Shown here piece by piece: positions 31,260 to 44,355 of a stretch of DNA of 64,000 bases; the stretch's first letter is position 1; each line of letters starts with the position of its first letter. The notes under the pieces were generated by a model, which was given only the letters and a program-made list of their open reading frames with translations, did not search any database and was not told the DNA's origin. Where the stretch lies: assembly GCA_963788015.1 (NCBI GenBank), contig CAWBEY010000001.1, positions 128,359-192,358 of the forward strand. Reading direction: 5' to 3'. The position numbers and the translations under genes were made by a program. The DNA comes from an uncultured Phycisphaerales bacterium (GTDB taxonomy: Bacteria; Planctomycetota; Phycisphaerae; Tepidisphaerales; Tepidisphaeraceae).

Positions 31260-33562
31260 ATGCTCGTGCAACTCGTACATGCTCCCCTCCTCGCCGACGT
31301 TCCGGTGACGGCCATCGTCATCACCGCCATCGTCGCCGTCGCCCTGCTCTCCATCAAGGCGATTCTGGGGGTTCAATACATCCCCAACAACCGCGTTGGC
31401 ATCGTCGAAAAGCTCATTAGCTCGCGCGGCTCGCTGCGCGCCGGCGGCCTGATCGCCGTGCAGGGCGAAGCAGGCTATCAGGCCGACTTGCTCCGCGGCG
31501 GCCTGCACCTCTTCTATTGGCCGTGGCAATATCGCGTCCATCGCGTGCCGCTGGTCACCGTCCCGCAAGGGAAGATCGGCTATGTTTATGCACGCGACGG
31601 CGAGTCGCTTTCGCCAAGCCAGACCCTTGGGCGCAATGTTCACTCCAATAACTTTCAGGACGCCCGCGCCTTTCTCCTGCAAACTTCCGGCACCCCCGAC
31701 TCGGCCAACCCTTCCGAAGATTCCGGCGGCGGCCAGCGCGGCCGGCAGCGCGCAATCGTTCGTGAAGGCGTTTATGCCATCAACCTCGCGCTGTTCATCA
31801 TCATCACCGAAGATGTCGTCTATCGCCTGGAGATGCAGGGCAGGCAGGAACTGGACACAGTGCTGCGCTGGCAGAAGGAGCTGCGGGACATTGACGCGTT
31901 CAATCCTGTCGTCGTGGGTGCGCTGGTCGAGGCCCTCGATCCTCTTCGGCCTGACAAGAACATGGTGGTTGACTCCATCGGCATCGTCACCGTCCACGAT
32001 GGCCCATCGCTTTCGCCGGGCGAGATCATCGCCCCCAGCGTCGGCAACGACCGCAACGATCCCAATTACCACAACAACTTTCAGGATCCCGAAGCATTCC
32101 TGCGCGGCGGCGGCCGGCGCGGCCGGCAGTATGTGCCCCTGACCGACGGCACGTATTTCATCAACCGCTGGTTCGCCACCCTGGAAACGCACGCGAAAAC
32201 CATCGTCCCCATCGGCTATGTTGGCGTAGTCGTTAGCTATTACGGCCCGATCGGCAAGGACGTCTCTGGCGAAGGCTTCCGCCACGGCGAACGTGTCGCC
32301 CGTGGCGAGCGCGGCGTTTGGGAGATCCCACTTGGCCCAGGCAAATATCCCTTCAATACTTACGCCGGCAATCTGATCCTTGTCCCAACCACCAACTTCG
32401 TGTTGCACTGGATCACCGGCCGCAGCGAATCGCATCGCTATGATGAAGGCCTCAGCAGCATCGAGATCATCACCAAGGACGCCTACGAGCCCAACCTCCC
32501 GCTCAGCGTCGTCGTCCACATCGACTACCAAAAAGCCCCCGGCGTGATTCAGCGTTTCGGCGATGTGAAGAAGCTCATTACCCAGACGCTCGACCCGATG
32601 CTCAGCGCCTATTTCCGCGACGTGGCTCACCGCCGCACTATGCTCGAGCTGTTACAGGCCCGCGACGAAATCCAGGCCGAGGCGCAGAGGCGCGCTGCAG
32701 GAAATTTGCCGACTTTGATATCGAATGCGTGGACGTCCTGATCGGCAAGCCCGACACCGCCGAAGCCGGGAGCAAGATCGAAGTGCTGCTTGAGCAGCTT
32801 CGGTTGCGCCAGCTTTCCATCGAGCAGATGGAAACCTTCGACCGCCAGCGCGGCGGCCGACAAGCAGCGCTCCCTCAACGAGGCCCAGGCCATCGCAGCC
32901 AAGCAGCAGGAGCTGACCAACTCGCAGGTGCAGATCCGCATCGCGGAGAATCAAGGTGACGCCGATCTTTCACGCTCGCGCAAGCAGGCCGAGCAGGCGG
33001 TGGTGATGGCGGAGGCCGAGTTGGCGCGTTCCCGCCGCCAGGCGGAGCAGATGGTGGTCACAGCGCAGGCCGAGAGCCAGCAGCGCGTGCTGGCCGGCCG
33101 GGGCGAATCGGCGCGTGTGCTGCAGGTGGGCCTGTCCGAAGCCTCCGTGCTGCTTCGAAAAATCTCCTCCTTCGGCGATCCGCGCCTCTACGTCCTGCAA
33201 CTGGTGGCCGACAGCCTGTCCAAGAGCACCCAGCCGCTGGTCCCCGAGCGTCTCTTCATCGCTGGCGGAAGCGGCAATGGCGAGGGCAACGGCGAGTCCC
33301 ACCCGGCCGCCTCCGGCGCACAGGGCATGCTCGGCATGTTGATCAATCTGCTGGTGAGCGAGAAATCCGGCTTCCAGATGTCGGACAACGCTGATCTCGG
33401 CGCGCTGAAGGAACTCGCCGACCGGATGACCAAGGAAACTCTGGCCAACATGGAGCAAGTCGGCAACGCGCCCGGCGCCCTCAGCTCCCGCAGCCACCAA
33501 CCCTCCTGTCGGCGACGCGCTCACAGCGGCCAAGCGAATGCGCCGAAGCGGGCTGACCAAGT
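31260..33562 (+). CDS. flotillin-like SPFH/band-7 protein (YqiK/FloA-like), at least two frameshifts
   Basis: N-terminal TM helix then SPFH: ...IPNNRVGIVEKLISSRGSL...AVQGEAGYQADLLRGGLHLFYWPWQYRV.... Long Ala/Glu/Gln coiled coil (EAELARSRRQAEQ...). C-terminal GMLGMLINLL. Confidence 0.7.
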
Positions 33563-33563
33563 T

Positions 33564-33605
33564 AAAGATTTGAAGACGCCGCGCGGGACTGGAGGCCCGC
33601 CCGGC
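33564..33605 (+). terminator. Rho-independent terminator after the flotillin-like gene
   Basis: GACGCCGCGCGGG-actggagg-CCCGCCCGGCGTC (12/13 bp stem), then TCTTTTAT. Confidence 0.6.
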
Positions 33606-33718
33606 GTCTCTTTTATGCGCGGCCGCAGTGGCTGTCCCATAAAAGACCCTCTCCCGCCGTCCAGGGGCGACCGTGCGTTAATCTCGGGAAAAAGAGCGGT
33701 TTTCTCACCTGCGCCATC

Positions 33719-33747
33719 TAAAGTCGCCCATTTGCCACTGTCGATAC
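33719..33747 (+). promoter_or_regulatory. candidate sigma-28 (FliA)-type promoter upstream of the flagellin gene
   Basis: TAAAGTCG-N13-GTCGATAC resembles TAAAGTTT-N11-GCCGATAA. It lies about 270 nt upstream of fliC. Confidence 0.25.
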
Positions 33748-34016
33748 GACCATTGCCTGATGATTGCGCCAGTCAATGCTTTAACCCATCGGCTTGGCGC
33801 GGACTTGTGTGGAAGGAGATCTTGATGAGCCATCCTGGAAAGTCCTGAAAATGTCTTCTGGGAAGCACCCGCTTCCAGGCTGCTGGGGAATGTCCCCTGA
33901 TCCACCAGCGATAGCCTTCAAGGGAATGAAGCGCCCCAGCGCGGACCGCAGATCCGCATCGGGTTTAACAATTGGTCGCGGCCAACCACCGCCACCGGTC
34001 ACGGAGAGACAGTTCC

Positions 34017-35415
34017 ATGAGCAGAATCAACACCAATGTCACGTCGCTCATCGCTCAGCGCGTGCTCAGAAACAACAACACCTCACTCACCACCAGCCTG
34101 CAGCGCCTGAGCACGGGCTTGCGGATCAATTCCGGTGCGGATGATCCGGCAGGTTTGATCGCCAGTGAGCAGCTTCGCGCTGAGAAAAGCGGCATCACCC
34201 AGGCCATCGATAACGCCGGCCGCGCAAGCAACATTATTGGAACGGCCGAGGGTGGCCTGGGCGAAGTCAGCTCGCTCTTGACCCAGCTCCAGGGCCTGGT
34301 GGGCCAGGCCGCCAACAGCGGCGGCCTCAGCCCCGACGAAGTGAACGCCAATCAGCTCCAGGTGGACTCGATCTTGAGCACCATCAACCGCATCTCCCAG
34401 TCCACATCCTTCCAGGGCAAAAAGCTTCTGAACGGCACGCTCGATTACCTCACCAGCGGCGTGACCACCACCAACCTCAGCAACCTCCGCATTAACGCAG
34501 CACGCGTGCCCGACGGCGCGACCATCAACGTTGCGGTTCAGGTTGTCACCAGCGCCAAGACGGGTGAAGTCACCTACAGCGGCGGCGCCATTGCCGGCGC
34601 CACCGTGACGCTCGAAATCGCCGGCAACACCGGGACGCAGCAGCTTTCGTTCGCTTCAGGCACGGCCGTCAGCGCGATCGCGGCCGCCATCAGCGCCGTG
34701 AAGACCGCCACCGGCGTCAGCGCCACCCTCAGCGGATCGGCCCTCAAGATCGACTCCACCGAATTTGGCTCCGCCAATTTCGTCAGCCTGAAAACCGTCC
34801 ATGGCACTTTCCTGGCCGACACCAAGTCGTTCGGAAAAGATGCAAACGTCACCATCAACGGCGCCAAGGCGCAGGCCGATGGGCTGGATATCAGTTATCG
34901 CTCGGCCGACCTGGACGTCGAGCTAAACCTTGCCCAATCGTTCAACAAGCCGGGCAGCGACAACTTCCACATCAAGGGCGGCGGCGCGACCTTCGCACTG
35001 GGTTCCAAGGTCTCCGAAACCGACAAGGCCTCCATCGGCATTGCCTCGGTCTCCACCGGCAGCCTCGGCGATGTCACCAACGGCTATCTCAGCTCCCTGG
35101 CCAGCGGCGGCGCCAAATGCGCTGAGCGGTACTAATCTGGTGACGGCCCAGAAGATCATTGATGATTCCATCAAGCAGATCAGCTCCCTGCGCGGCCGGC
35201 TTGGGGCGTTCCAGAAGTTCACCATCGGTTCGACGGTGAACAGCCTGGGCGTGGCCCTTGAAAACGCCTCCGCCGCCGAAAGCGCCATCCGCGACACCGA
35301 CTTCTCGTCGGAAACCGCCAACCTCACCCGCGCTCAGATCCTGTCGCAGGCTTCCACCACCGTTCTGTCGCAGGCCAACGCCCAGCCGCAGAATGCGTTG
35401 AAGCTACTGCAATAG
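34017..35415 (+). CDS. fliC: flagellin, frameshift near 35100
   Basis: MSRINTNVTSLIAQRVLRNNNTSLTTSLQRLSTGLRINSGADDPAGLIASEQLRAE. C-terminus ...LGAFQKFTIGSTVNSLGVALENASAAESAIRDTDFSSETANLTRAQILSQASTTVLSQANAQPQNALKLLQ. RBS GGAGAG. Confidence 0.85.
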
Positions 35416-35466
35416 GCGAAGCAGTCCGCAGCACTGAATCGGCATCGGTTTCTTCACACAAGTCCA

Positions 35467-35502
35467 CGCCCCCGGCCATCGCGGCCGGGGGCGTTTTTTT
35501 TT
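35467..35502 (+). terminator. strong Rho-independent terminator after fliC
   Basis: CGCCCCCGGCC-atcgc-GGCCGGGGGCG followed by T9. Confidence 0.7.
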
Positions 35503-35548
35503 GCGACCGCCATCATCGCGCTTCATTGCACATTGCCCTTTTGCCGCG

Positions 35549-36878
35549 ATGATCGGCCGCATGGATGACGCGAAAATCCTGCAATCGGACGCTCCGCTCC
35601 AACGGCCCGCGCGAACCGCACTTCTCCTGCTGGTCAGCATCAATTTGTTCAACTACATCGACCGCCAGGTCCTGGCGGCCGTTGTCCCCTCGATCCAAAA
35701 AGACTTCTTGTTGAACGATCCAAACGCGGATCAAAAGATGGGCTGGCTGGCGACGGCCTTTCTCCTCAGCTACATGCTCATCTCACCGATCTTTGGATGG
35801 CTTGGCGACCGCGTTTCGCGCTGGCTTCTCGTGGGCGTTGGCGTGACGCTTTGGAGCATCGCCAGCGGCGCAAGTGGACTTGCCACGTCTTACGGCATGC
35901 TTCTGATTACCCGCCTCTTCGTGGGTGTGGGGGAAGCGGCGTATGGACCAGTCGCCCCCACCATCATCTCCGACATGTACCCGGTGCGCACGCGCGGCAC
36001 CATCCTGGCGTGGTTCTACATGGCCATCCCCGTCGGAAGTGCGCTGGGCTACGTGTTGGGCGGCGCGGTGGCGTCGTGGAAGACGTGGCACTGGGCGTTT
36101 TTTCTGGTGGTGCCGCCGGGCTTGGCGCTGGGCGGCGTGGTCATTTTTTATGCGTGATCCGCGTCGAGGATCAGCAGACGGGGCGCACGTGGCCCACCGT
36201 CCGTCTCTGGCTGACTACAAACTGCTCCTGCGCATTCCCTCTTACGTGCTGAACACCGCCGCGATGGCCGCGATGACGTTCGCCATCGGCGGTGCGGGTT
36301 ATTGGATCCCCAAGTACGTCCTGTTCCGCCGATTTGGACCGCTGGCGCAGGTCGCTGAGAGCAAGTGGAAACCGCAGCTTGGGCCGATCAATCTAACGTT
36401 TGGGATCATCATGGTCGTCTCCGGGTTGTCGGCCACCCTGCTGGGAGGTTGGGCAGGCGACAAGCTTCGCGATCGTTTTCCGGGATCCTATTTTCTGGTT
36501 TCCGCGGTGAGCATGATCGCTGGCTTCGGGTTGTTTCTGCTCATGCTAATCACGCCATTTCCGTGGATCTGGGGCGTGGTCTTCCTTGCGGTCTTCTGCC
36601 TGTTTTTCAATACCGGTCCGAGCAATACCGCACTCGCCAACGTCACCCACCCCGCCATGCGCTCCACCGCCTTCGCGCTCAACATTCTCGTGATCCATGG
36701 GCTGGGCGATGCGATTTCTCCCCCCATCATCGGGGCGATCAATGACCACTACCGCGGGGATATGAACATGGGCTTTCTGGCTGTGTCGGGGGCGATGCTG
36801 GTGGGCGGCGTCTTGTGGCTGTGGGGTGCACAATATCTGGCCGCCGATACCGCGGCCGCTCCACACCAATTCGGATGA
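35549..36878 (+). CDS. MFS transporter, frameshift near 36140
   Basis: MIGRMDDAKIL...LLLLVSINLFNYIDRQVLAAVVPSIQKDF...GWLGDRVSRW... is the MFS signature. The C-terminal half lies in the 35925-36878 frame. Confidence 0.7.
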
Positions 36879-36907
36879 CAAGATATTCTCGCGACTGCGC
36901 GACAATC

Positions 36908-38177
36908 TCACAGAGTGTTGAGGCTTGTGCGCTGATCTTTAAGCTCTTCCTCGCGGTCAATGACTGATGCGCGTCGCCGCACCAGTTCCGCCAGCGCCGT
37001 ATCCGCCGCCGCATTGCCCACGCCCACCGCCTGCGCCACGCGTCCGTCGGCCGCGATGCCGATGTCCGCAAAGTCAGGCGTCTCCAGCAATGCCTGCCCG
37101 CGCTGCAGCCGCCGATCCACCACCCGCGCCGCTCCCCACACCGAAATCGGCACGTCCATCACCCGGCCCGTGAAACTGCTCAAGACCCCGAACGCCTCAT
37201 CGCCGCCTGCCATGTTCCGCCCGGCCAACGCGCCCCGTCACTTCAGCGCCATCCCAAAGATTGACCATTCGGTATTTGCCAAACAAAGGGTCGAAGATCG
37301 CCGAGCAATCGCCTGCGGCAAACAGGGCCGGGTTATTGCTGAGGGCATGATCGTCTACCAGAATCGCCTGCTCCGAGGCCACGGCCGTCCCGCGCAGCAG
37401 ATCTTTGTTGGGGCTGACCCCGATCGCCCCAACGACAAAATCGCATTCCAGCACCGGCCCGTTTGACAGCACGACCCGCTGCACCCGCCCATCCCCCTCC
37501 AGCCGCTGCACCGTTGTGTTCAAATGAACACGCACGCCGTGGTGCTCGAGAAGCCGCGTGAAAAATCTGCCCGTGCTCTCCCCCACAAAACGCGTCCACG
37601 GATACGACCCCGACACGATCAAGTCCACGCCGAGTCCGAGTTGGTGGAGTGTGGCCGCCAGCTCCACACCAAGCCGCCCGCCGCCGATCACGCTTGCCCG
37701 GCCACGCCCGCGCTCGTGCTTTCGACCATCGGCAAGCGCTTTGTCAATTCCATGATGCAGCCGATCCGCCTGCTCCAGCGTCCGCAAATAATAGACGTTG
37801 GGCAAGTCGGCCCCCGGCACCCGCAGCAGATTTGGAGTGGCGCCGGTGGCAAGCAACACCTTGTCGAAGGTCACATCCTCGCCGCTGTCCAGCATCGCCA
37901 CCCGCCGCGCCGGGTCCAGATGCGCCGCCCGCCGCCGCGTGCGCAACTCCACGTGATGGTCAGACAACCAGCTGTCGCTCAAGGTGAACAATTCCGCCCG
38001 AGCCTTTCGGCCAAGCAGGTAATCACCGCTCAGCGCCCGGCGGTCGTAAGGTCGATTCACTTCCTGCCCCACCAGCAGCATCGCCCCGCCCGCATCCAGC
38101 TCGCGAATAGCCAGCGCCGCAGCACTGCTGGCAACGCCGCCGCCGATCAGAAGATATTTAACGTGTGCATTGGCCAT
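36908..38177 (-). CDS. FAD-dependent pyridine nucleotide-disulfide oxidoreductase, frameshift near 37200
   Basis: MANAHVKYLLIGGGVASSAAALAIRE... is an FAD-binding GxGxxA motif. A second Rossmann motif SVIGGGRLGVELAATL follows. Confidence 0.7.
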
Positions 38178-38310
38178 AGTGGTGCGCTTCGGCTGTTCTA
38201 CCCATTATATGTTATCGTCGCGCGGCTGGTTCGGGACGAGAGCGGATTGCGACGCCCCGGCCTGAACTCATTCTGGAGTCGTAGGAGCATCAGAGCAGTC
38301 GAATGCCGCG

Positions 38311-39347
38311 TTGCCATCCCCGTATATAATGTCATCCATGCTTAAACTCCCCTCACGTTTCGCGTTGGCGATTCTCGTCAATACCATCGCCGCGTGCGCT
38401 GGCCCTCCCACGACCCAATCCTCTACTGCTCCTTCCACATCAGCTTCGCCACAGCCGTCCACCGCCGGAGGTTGGGTTAAGTTCCCTCAAAACCCGGTGC
38501 TGGGCGGCGAACTGGGTACCTGTTTTGACGTCGCCCTTCTCAATGACTCTGACGCCTTCCGTATGTATTTCTCCTGGCGGCCAAAGAAGAGCATCGCCCT
38601 CGCGGAAAGCAAAGACGGCATTCATTGGAGCGAGCCGTTGCTCGCACTTCAGCCAAATCCCAATACCGACTGGGAAGAGGACATCAACCGTCCCGTCGTC
38701 GTCAAACGCGATGACGGATATCACCTGTGGTACACCGGCCAGGCCAAAGGCCATTCCCGCATCGGCTATGCCACGAGTCCCGACGGCAAAACCTGGACGC
38801 GCAGTCAGACAAGCCCGTGCTCTCACCGGACAAGCCGTGGGAAAAAGTTGCCGTCATGTGCCCCCACGTGATCTGGGATGCACAGGCCAGGGTGTTCAAA
38901 ATGTGGTACTCCGGCGGCGAACAATACGAGCCTGACGCGATTGGCTACGCCACCAGCCCCGACGGCCTGCAATGGACCAAGCACGAAACCAATCCAATCT
39001 TCGCCGCCGATCCCAACACCGATTGGGAGAAACACAAAGTTACCGCCTGCCAGGTTGTTCAACATGATGATGAATATCTGATGTTCTACGTCGGCTTCCA
39101 AGATCTCCATCACGCTGCCATCGGCGTTGCTCGCTCGAAGGATGGTATCACCCAATGGCAGCGCCTGCGGGCCAATCCGATCGTCTCCCCCACCCCCGGC
39201 GCATGGGACCATGATGCTTGCTACAAGCCCTTTGCCCTCCTCGATCACGGCCACTGGATGCTCTGGTACAACGGCCGCCATGCCAGCAAAGAACAGATCG
39301 GCCTGGCAATCCATGACGAGGAAGATCTTGGCTTCGACAAGAACTGA
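38311..39347 (+). CDS. lipoprotein with a five-bladed beta-propeller glycosidase domain (GH43/GH130/DUF377-like), frameshift near 38800
   Basis: Lipobox ...LVNTIAAC. Repeated blade motifs YHLWYTGQ...IGYATSPDGKTW; FKMWYSGG...IGYATSPDGLQW; LMFYVGF...IGVARSKDG; WMLWYNGR. Confidence 0.5.
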
Positions 39348-39496
39348 TCCCATCACTTGTGGAGATCGCATGCGGCAATCGTTCAGCATCACAATGCGCC
39401 GGTCGTGTGGCGTCTGCGCACTTCTTGATTGTCTGCTCCTGTGCGCAGGCGGCCACAACGCGACCGGCCACAACCCAATCCTCCAACGCCATCGAC

Positions 39497-39769
39497 ATGC
39501 GCCGACTCCACATCTGGATCAGCGGCCGCGTGCAGGGGATCGGCTACCGGGCATTCGTCCGGGAGGAGGCGCAACAGCGCAGCCTGTCGGGGTGGGTACG
39601 CAATCTGGATGACGGCCGGGTGGAAATGGTTGTGGAAGGCCCCGATCAGCCTCTGCAAGCATTGCTGCAGCAGCTTCGAAAAGGACCCGCCGGTGCACGC
39701 GTAGATAGAGTTATCACCGAGGACGAGAGGCCAAAGGGCGAATCCCGGCAATTCCAAATTACCGATTGA
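39497..39769 (+). CDS. acyP: acylphosphatase
   Basis: MRRLHIWISGRVQGIGYRAFVREEAQQRSLSGWVRNLDDGRVEMVVEGPDQPLQALLQQL... Confidence 0.75.
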   Translation: MRRLHIWISGRVQGIGYRAFVREEAQQRSLSGWVRNLDDGRVEMVVEGPDQPLQALLQQLRKGPAGARVDRVITEDERPKGESRQFQITD

Positions 39770-39862
39770 CCCACCACAAAGTGTCCTACTGTTCGAAGGA
39801 GGAAAGAAGAAACCCTCACAACTGGCGAGGGTTTCTCCATTCTTCGGGTTGTGCCGCCGGTA

Positions 39863-42800
39863 TTAGTTGCCGTGGTGATGCACATGCGCCACCGTCGCGC
39901 CATCAGGCATTCCCACGCCGCCGGCCGAGGCCGCTGCATCCGGATGCGCCTGGAGATAAGCATCCACATCCTTCGTCACCACCATCCGCCCCCACATCAA
40001 TTCCCAATGACTGGGGTAGGTGCAGAAGTAGTCGTAGTCGCCCTCCTTCGCCGGGGCCGTCATCTTTAGCGTTGTCTTTTGGCCCGGCTCGATCAACTTC
40101 GTGGCGGCCAGGTACTTCAGGCCCTTGGGCATATACGGCCGGCCTTGCGCATCCAGGTCATCCGGCTTCATTTCCGTAGTGGTGGGGCCGTATTTCTCAC
40201 GATCACCCAGGTTCACCACCACAAGGTTGTGCGGCATGGAGTCATTGTTCTCTAACGTGATCTCAAAAGGTTTGCCCGCCTCGACCACCATGCGCGGGGT
40301 GTCGTAGCGCATCTGCTCGCGAACGGTGCCGACGAAGAACGCGGCCACGCGCAGTTCTTTCAACTCTTTACGCAAAGCGGCCGCCTGCTCCGCGGGCAAC
40401 TGGCCTGCAAGATCGCCAGCGAACTGCACCGTCTCGAGATAATCCTGCGCTGTCCGTTCGCCGGCCGGCACAGTCTTGGCCCAAGCCACAAGATTGGTCG
40501 CAACCGCGCCGCCCTTGCCCTTGGGCCAGGTGTTTCGCGGCAGGTTGCGAATACCCTTGGCGGCGGCTGGCACTGCCACGCCCTTTTCGACCAGCGTCGC
40601 CAGAGACGCGAACACTGCCTCCGGCTCCTGATTCATGCTGACGGCGGCCTTAATGGCTGCTGCGCACCACCGTGCTCACGTCGGAAGTCGTGGCAATCTT
40701 CGCGCTCTCAGGCGGCGCGGCGTTGCCGACTTTCTTGAATACCTCGCGCCGATTGGCGTCCAGCACCACCACGGCGAATCCTTCCAACCGGCCGGCGTAC
40801 TTGCCGTTCTCTTCCGAGCGATTCCACACCACCACCGAATCAATCGGCTTGTCGGCCCCGAGATCCACTTCCCACCAAGGCTTGCTCTCATCTTCCTTGG
40901 TGTGAGTCTGCGTGCCGCTCTTGAAAGCGCCGTCGATCTTGCCGTCAACAGCATGCGATGCATCGCCGGCCTTGCTGTCGGTGCTGGACTGCCGAGCCTT
41001 GCACTTGAGTGCAATGTTTTTGCCGCCGCTGAAAACCTGTACTTCCGCCAGCGTAAGCGGGCCTTTGCCGGGCAATTCGATGCGGACGAAATGCCCAATC
41101 GGGGCGGCCGAGCCTTTGACGCCGACCAGTTCCGGCGGAAGTTCCGCTGCGAGCAAGGGCTTAACTTTCCCAGATGCCAGGTTGCGAATGTCAGCGTCGT
41201 AGATCAGCGGGATGGCCGAAAGAAGCTCCGACAGGCTGGCCGGCGACTTCGCCGCCTCTGCCCAGACTTTATCAAACGAGTTGTCCGCCATCGCGACCGC
41301 CGCCATGGCCGCCCCGCGCATCGGCCGAGGTGCTTTGGGTCGCCTGCATCAGGCGATCGCGCAGCGGCTTCAGATCCGCCGGCGGCTGCTGCGGAAGAAG
41401 CTTGGCGATGGCCGCCCGTGATGAGGCGTCGTCCTTGGGAAGAGCATCCAGCACGCTCAGGAGCGTCGCCGCCCGGCTGGTCTTGCTGGTTTCGGCCAGT
41501 GAGTTAAGTGCCTCGGTCTTGGCCGCGTCGGCGATGTCGGAACGCGCGAGGATGGCCTGCAGCAACGCCGGCGACTTGGGCATCTTCAGCAGTTCGGCCC
41601 CACTCAAAGTTTTGGTGACAAAGGCCAGACCGGCAGGATTGTCGCCCGCGAAGGGCTTGCCCGAGGCGACGGCCGCCCGCCAGATGGGCTCAAGCTGCTT
41701 CATCGTCTCGGTCATCGTGTAGTTGAGGTAAAAATCGCTGGGAAGCTTCAGGGCCGTCAGCGCCACATCGGCCGCCTCGACAGTATTGAAGAAGCTGGCA
41801 GCCCGCACCGCATGCAGGCGCACGCGCGGGTCTTCGTCGCCGGCCGCTGTCTTCAACAGCCCCATCACCTCCGGCACCCGATCGCGCCAGTAGCTCAGCA
41901 CCCGAACCGCCTGCGCCGCGCGCGCGGCTCGGGAGACTTGAGCACCTGCTTCACCAGGTCCACGTCCACGACGTTGTGCCACTGATGTACCCACAGCGCC
42001 TCCAGTGAGGTGATGCTGGATAAGCGGGGTCAGACTTGTCCAGGCCCGCCGCCCATTGCTTGACGGCCGGGATCACTTCCTCGGTTGGATGCTTGTCCAA
42101 CTCGACCTTCGCCAGCTCGCGCGTCTGGTTCTCCGGCGCCTTCAACAACTCCAGTAGATGCCTTAATCGCTGGCCCGTCAATCTTCGACGGCTTCGCCAG
42201 CGGCCTGCCCTCATAAGTCATGCGGTAAATGCGGCCATGAGCGTGATCGCGATTGGGATCGCGCAGGTGGTGCTGCAAGTGCCCGATGATCGCGTTGCTC
42301 CAGTCCATGAAATAAATCGCGCCGTCTGGCCCGACATTCACCGCCGGTCGGGCGAAACTTCGGATCCTCCGAGGACACCAGCGGCTCGAGCGTCTCGCCA
42401 GTCAGCCCTGATCCGTCCTGGCTCACCTTCACGCGGTAGATGCCCTGGAAGCTGATCACGTTGCAGTTCAGAAAATTGTCCTGGAACTCGGCCGGGAAAA
42501 CGCTGCTCTGCAGCAAGCCAGTTCCGGGCAAGGCCGCGACGGCCGATCCCAGAACTGCTTGATGCCCGGATGCTTTGCGGGGAAGTCGATGTGGCCGCTG
42601 ATGGCGGCGCCGAAGTAGGTGTTGTTGCCCGTTGCGTCGGTCAGCAGATCATCGCCCCAGTAGGTCAAACACGTTTCCGTGCGGATTGGCAAAGCCATAC
42701 GGCGCGTATCGCTCAAACCGCCCCGTGCGCGGCTCGAAGCGATAAATGGCGGCGTCGGTGTTGCGGATCGGCCCCGCGGCCGTCTCCACTTGCGTGCGAT

Positions 42801-44355
42801 GGAAGACGCCGTCGCTGAGATACACCGCCCCGCCCGGCTCGTGCACCATGGCGTTGGTGGTGTGGTGCGAGTCGGCCGAGTCCATCCCCATCAAGATGCG
42901 CTCTTTCCAATCGCCTTTGCCATCGCCATCGGTGTCCTTGACGAACCAGAGATCGGGCGCCTGCATCACCAGCACGCCGTCCTTGTAAAACTGAAAACCC
43001 GTCGGGCAATTCAGATCATCCAGAAAGTGCGTGCATTTGTCGGCCTTGCCGGTTCCCTTGGTGTCTTCAAAAATGAGGATGCTGTCGCCCACCGTGGAGG
43101 TCGGCGTGCGCTCGGGGTAGTTGTGCCACACCGACACCCACAGCCGCCCCTTGGTGTCCCACGCCATCTGCACGGGGTTTACAAGTTCCGGCAATTCCTT
43201 CTCACTGGCAAACAAATTCACCTTGCAACCGGCCGGCATCTTCATCTTGGCAATGGCCTCCTCGCCATCGAGGAACGGCCAAGACCCATCAGGGTTTGGG
43301 CCCGGATGATTGGTCTTCACCTCCTCCACCTTGGGAAGGTTGTTGTCCTCGGCCTTGATCTCCTGCCCTTGCGCCGCCGCCCAAATCACCTTGTCGCGAT
43401 TGGCGGTGATGGCGTCGCGCTGCACCATCTCTTCCTGCATCACCTGATAATTGGTGATCTTCGGGCCGCCTTTGGGGCTTTCGTAGGCCATCTTGGAACG
43501 TCCGCCATAGACGTTGTAGCCGTCCATGGTGCGATAGCGCTGATGCCACTTCCAGTTCTTGTCGAGGATCGTCCCGCGAAGCTTCTCGAGGTCGCCCGCC
43601 GGAGCGGTCTCTTCAAAGAGGTCGCGGAACATGATCGGCGCCAACAGCTTGTCCCCGGCCTCGCTCAGGTGAATGCCGTTAATCGTCAGGTTCTGCTTCT
43701 GCCTGGCGGCATCGGCATACAACTTCTGCGAAGGCTCAAACAAGTCAACGAACAGCACGTTGTTGGCCTTGGCCACCTCCGCCATCGCGGCCGTGTAAAG
43801 CTGGATGTTGGCGTTATTGGCGGCCGGGTCCGGAAAGTTTGGGTCCGCCATCTTCTCGTTGGCGATCGGTGAGAAAAGAACGATGCGCGGCGCTGCCTTG
43901 CCGCTGTAGTTCTTGGCGGCTGTTTCCTTCAGGTACTGGTCCAGGTCCTTTTTGAACGCCGCAAGGCCATCCTTGCCCTTGAACGATTCATTGAAACCAA
44001 AGAACGCGAAGATCACATCCGCCTTCACCTTGGTCAGCCACTCATCAGGCGTTCCGAAGTTTTCAGATCGCGCCCGCGTCACCACTTCGTCCCCGGCCGC
44101 CGCCAGATCGCGGAATACCAGGTTCGACTGCGGGAACTTGGCGTAAATCAGCGTCTCCAGCCACGCATCATGCTGCATGCGATCGGGGAGCGTATTGCCG
44201 ATGATGGCAATGTGCTCGTCCTTCTCCAGCTTGAGCTTCGGCCCGGCCGAATCCGCCCCGAGGGCGGACGTGGCGACACAGCCTGCAACAAGAAATGACG
44301 CGAATATAGACCGAAGCGCGAACGGCTTGAGCATGAGATCTCCGCTGACAGACAA
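39863..44355 (-). CDS. giant PVC-type secreted multidomain protein, fragmented by many frameshifts. Domains: SGNH hydrolase, dehydrogenase-like beta-propeller, HEAT repeats, F5/8 type C, cupredoxin.
   Basis: Signal peptide MLKPFALRSIFASFLVAGCVATSALG. SGNH motif HIAIIGNTLPDR. Propeller ...GRLWVSVWHNYP.... HEAT repeats (41272-41994). F5/8-C ...PWWEVDLG...VVVWNR. C-terminal cupredoxin ...YFCTYPSHWELMWGRMVV. Confidence 0.6.
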
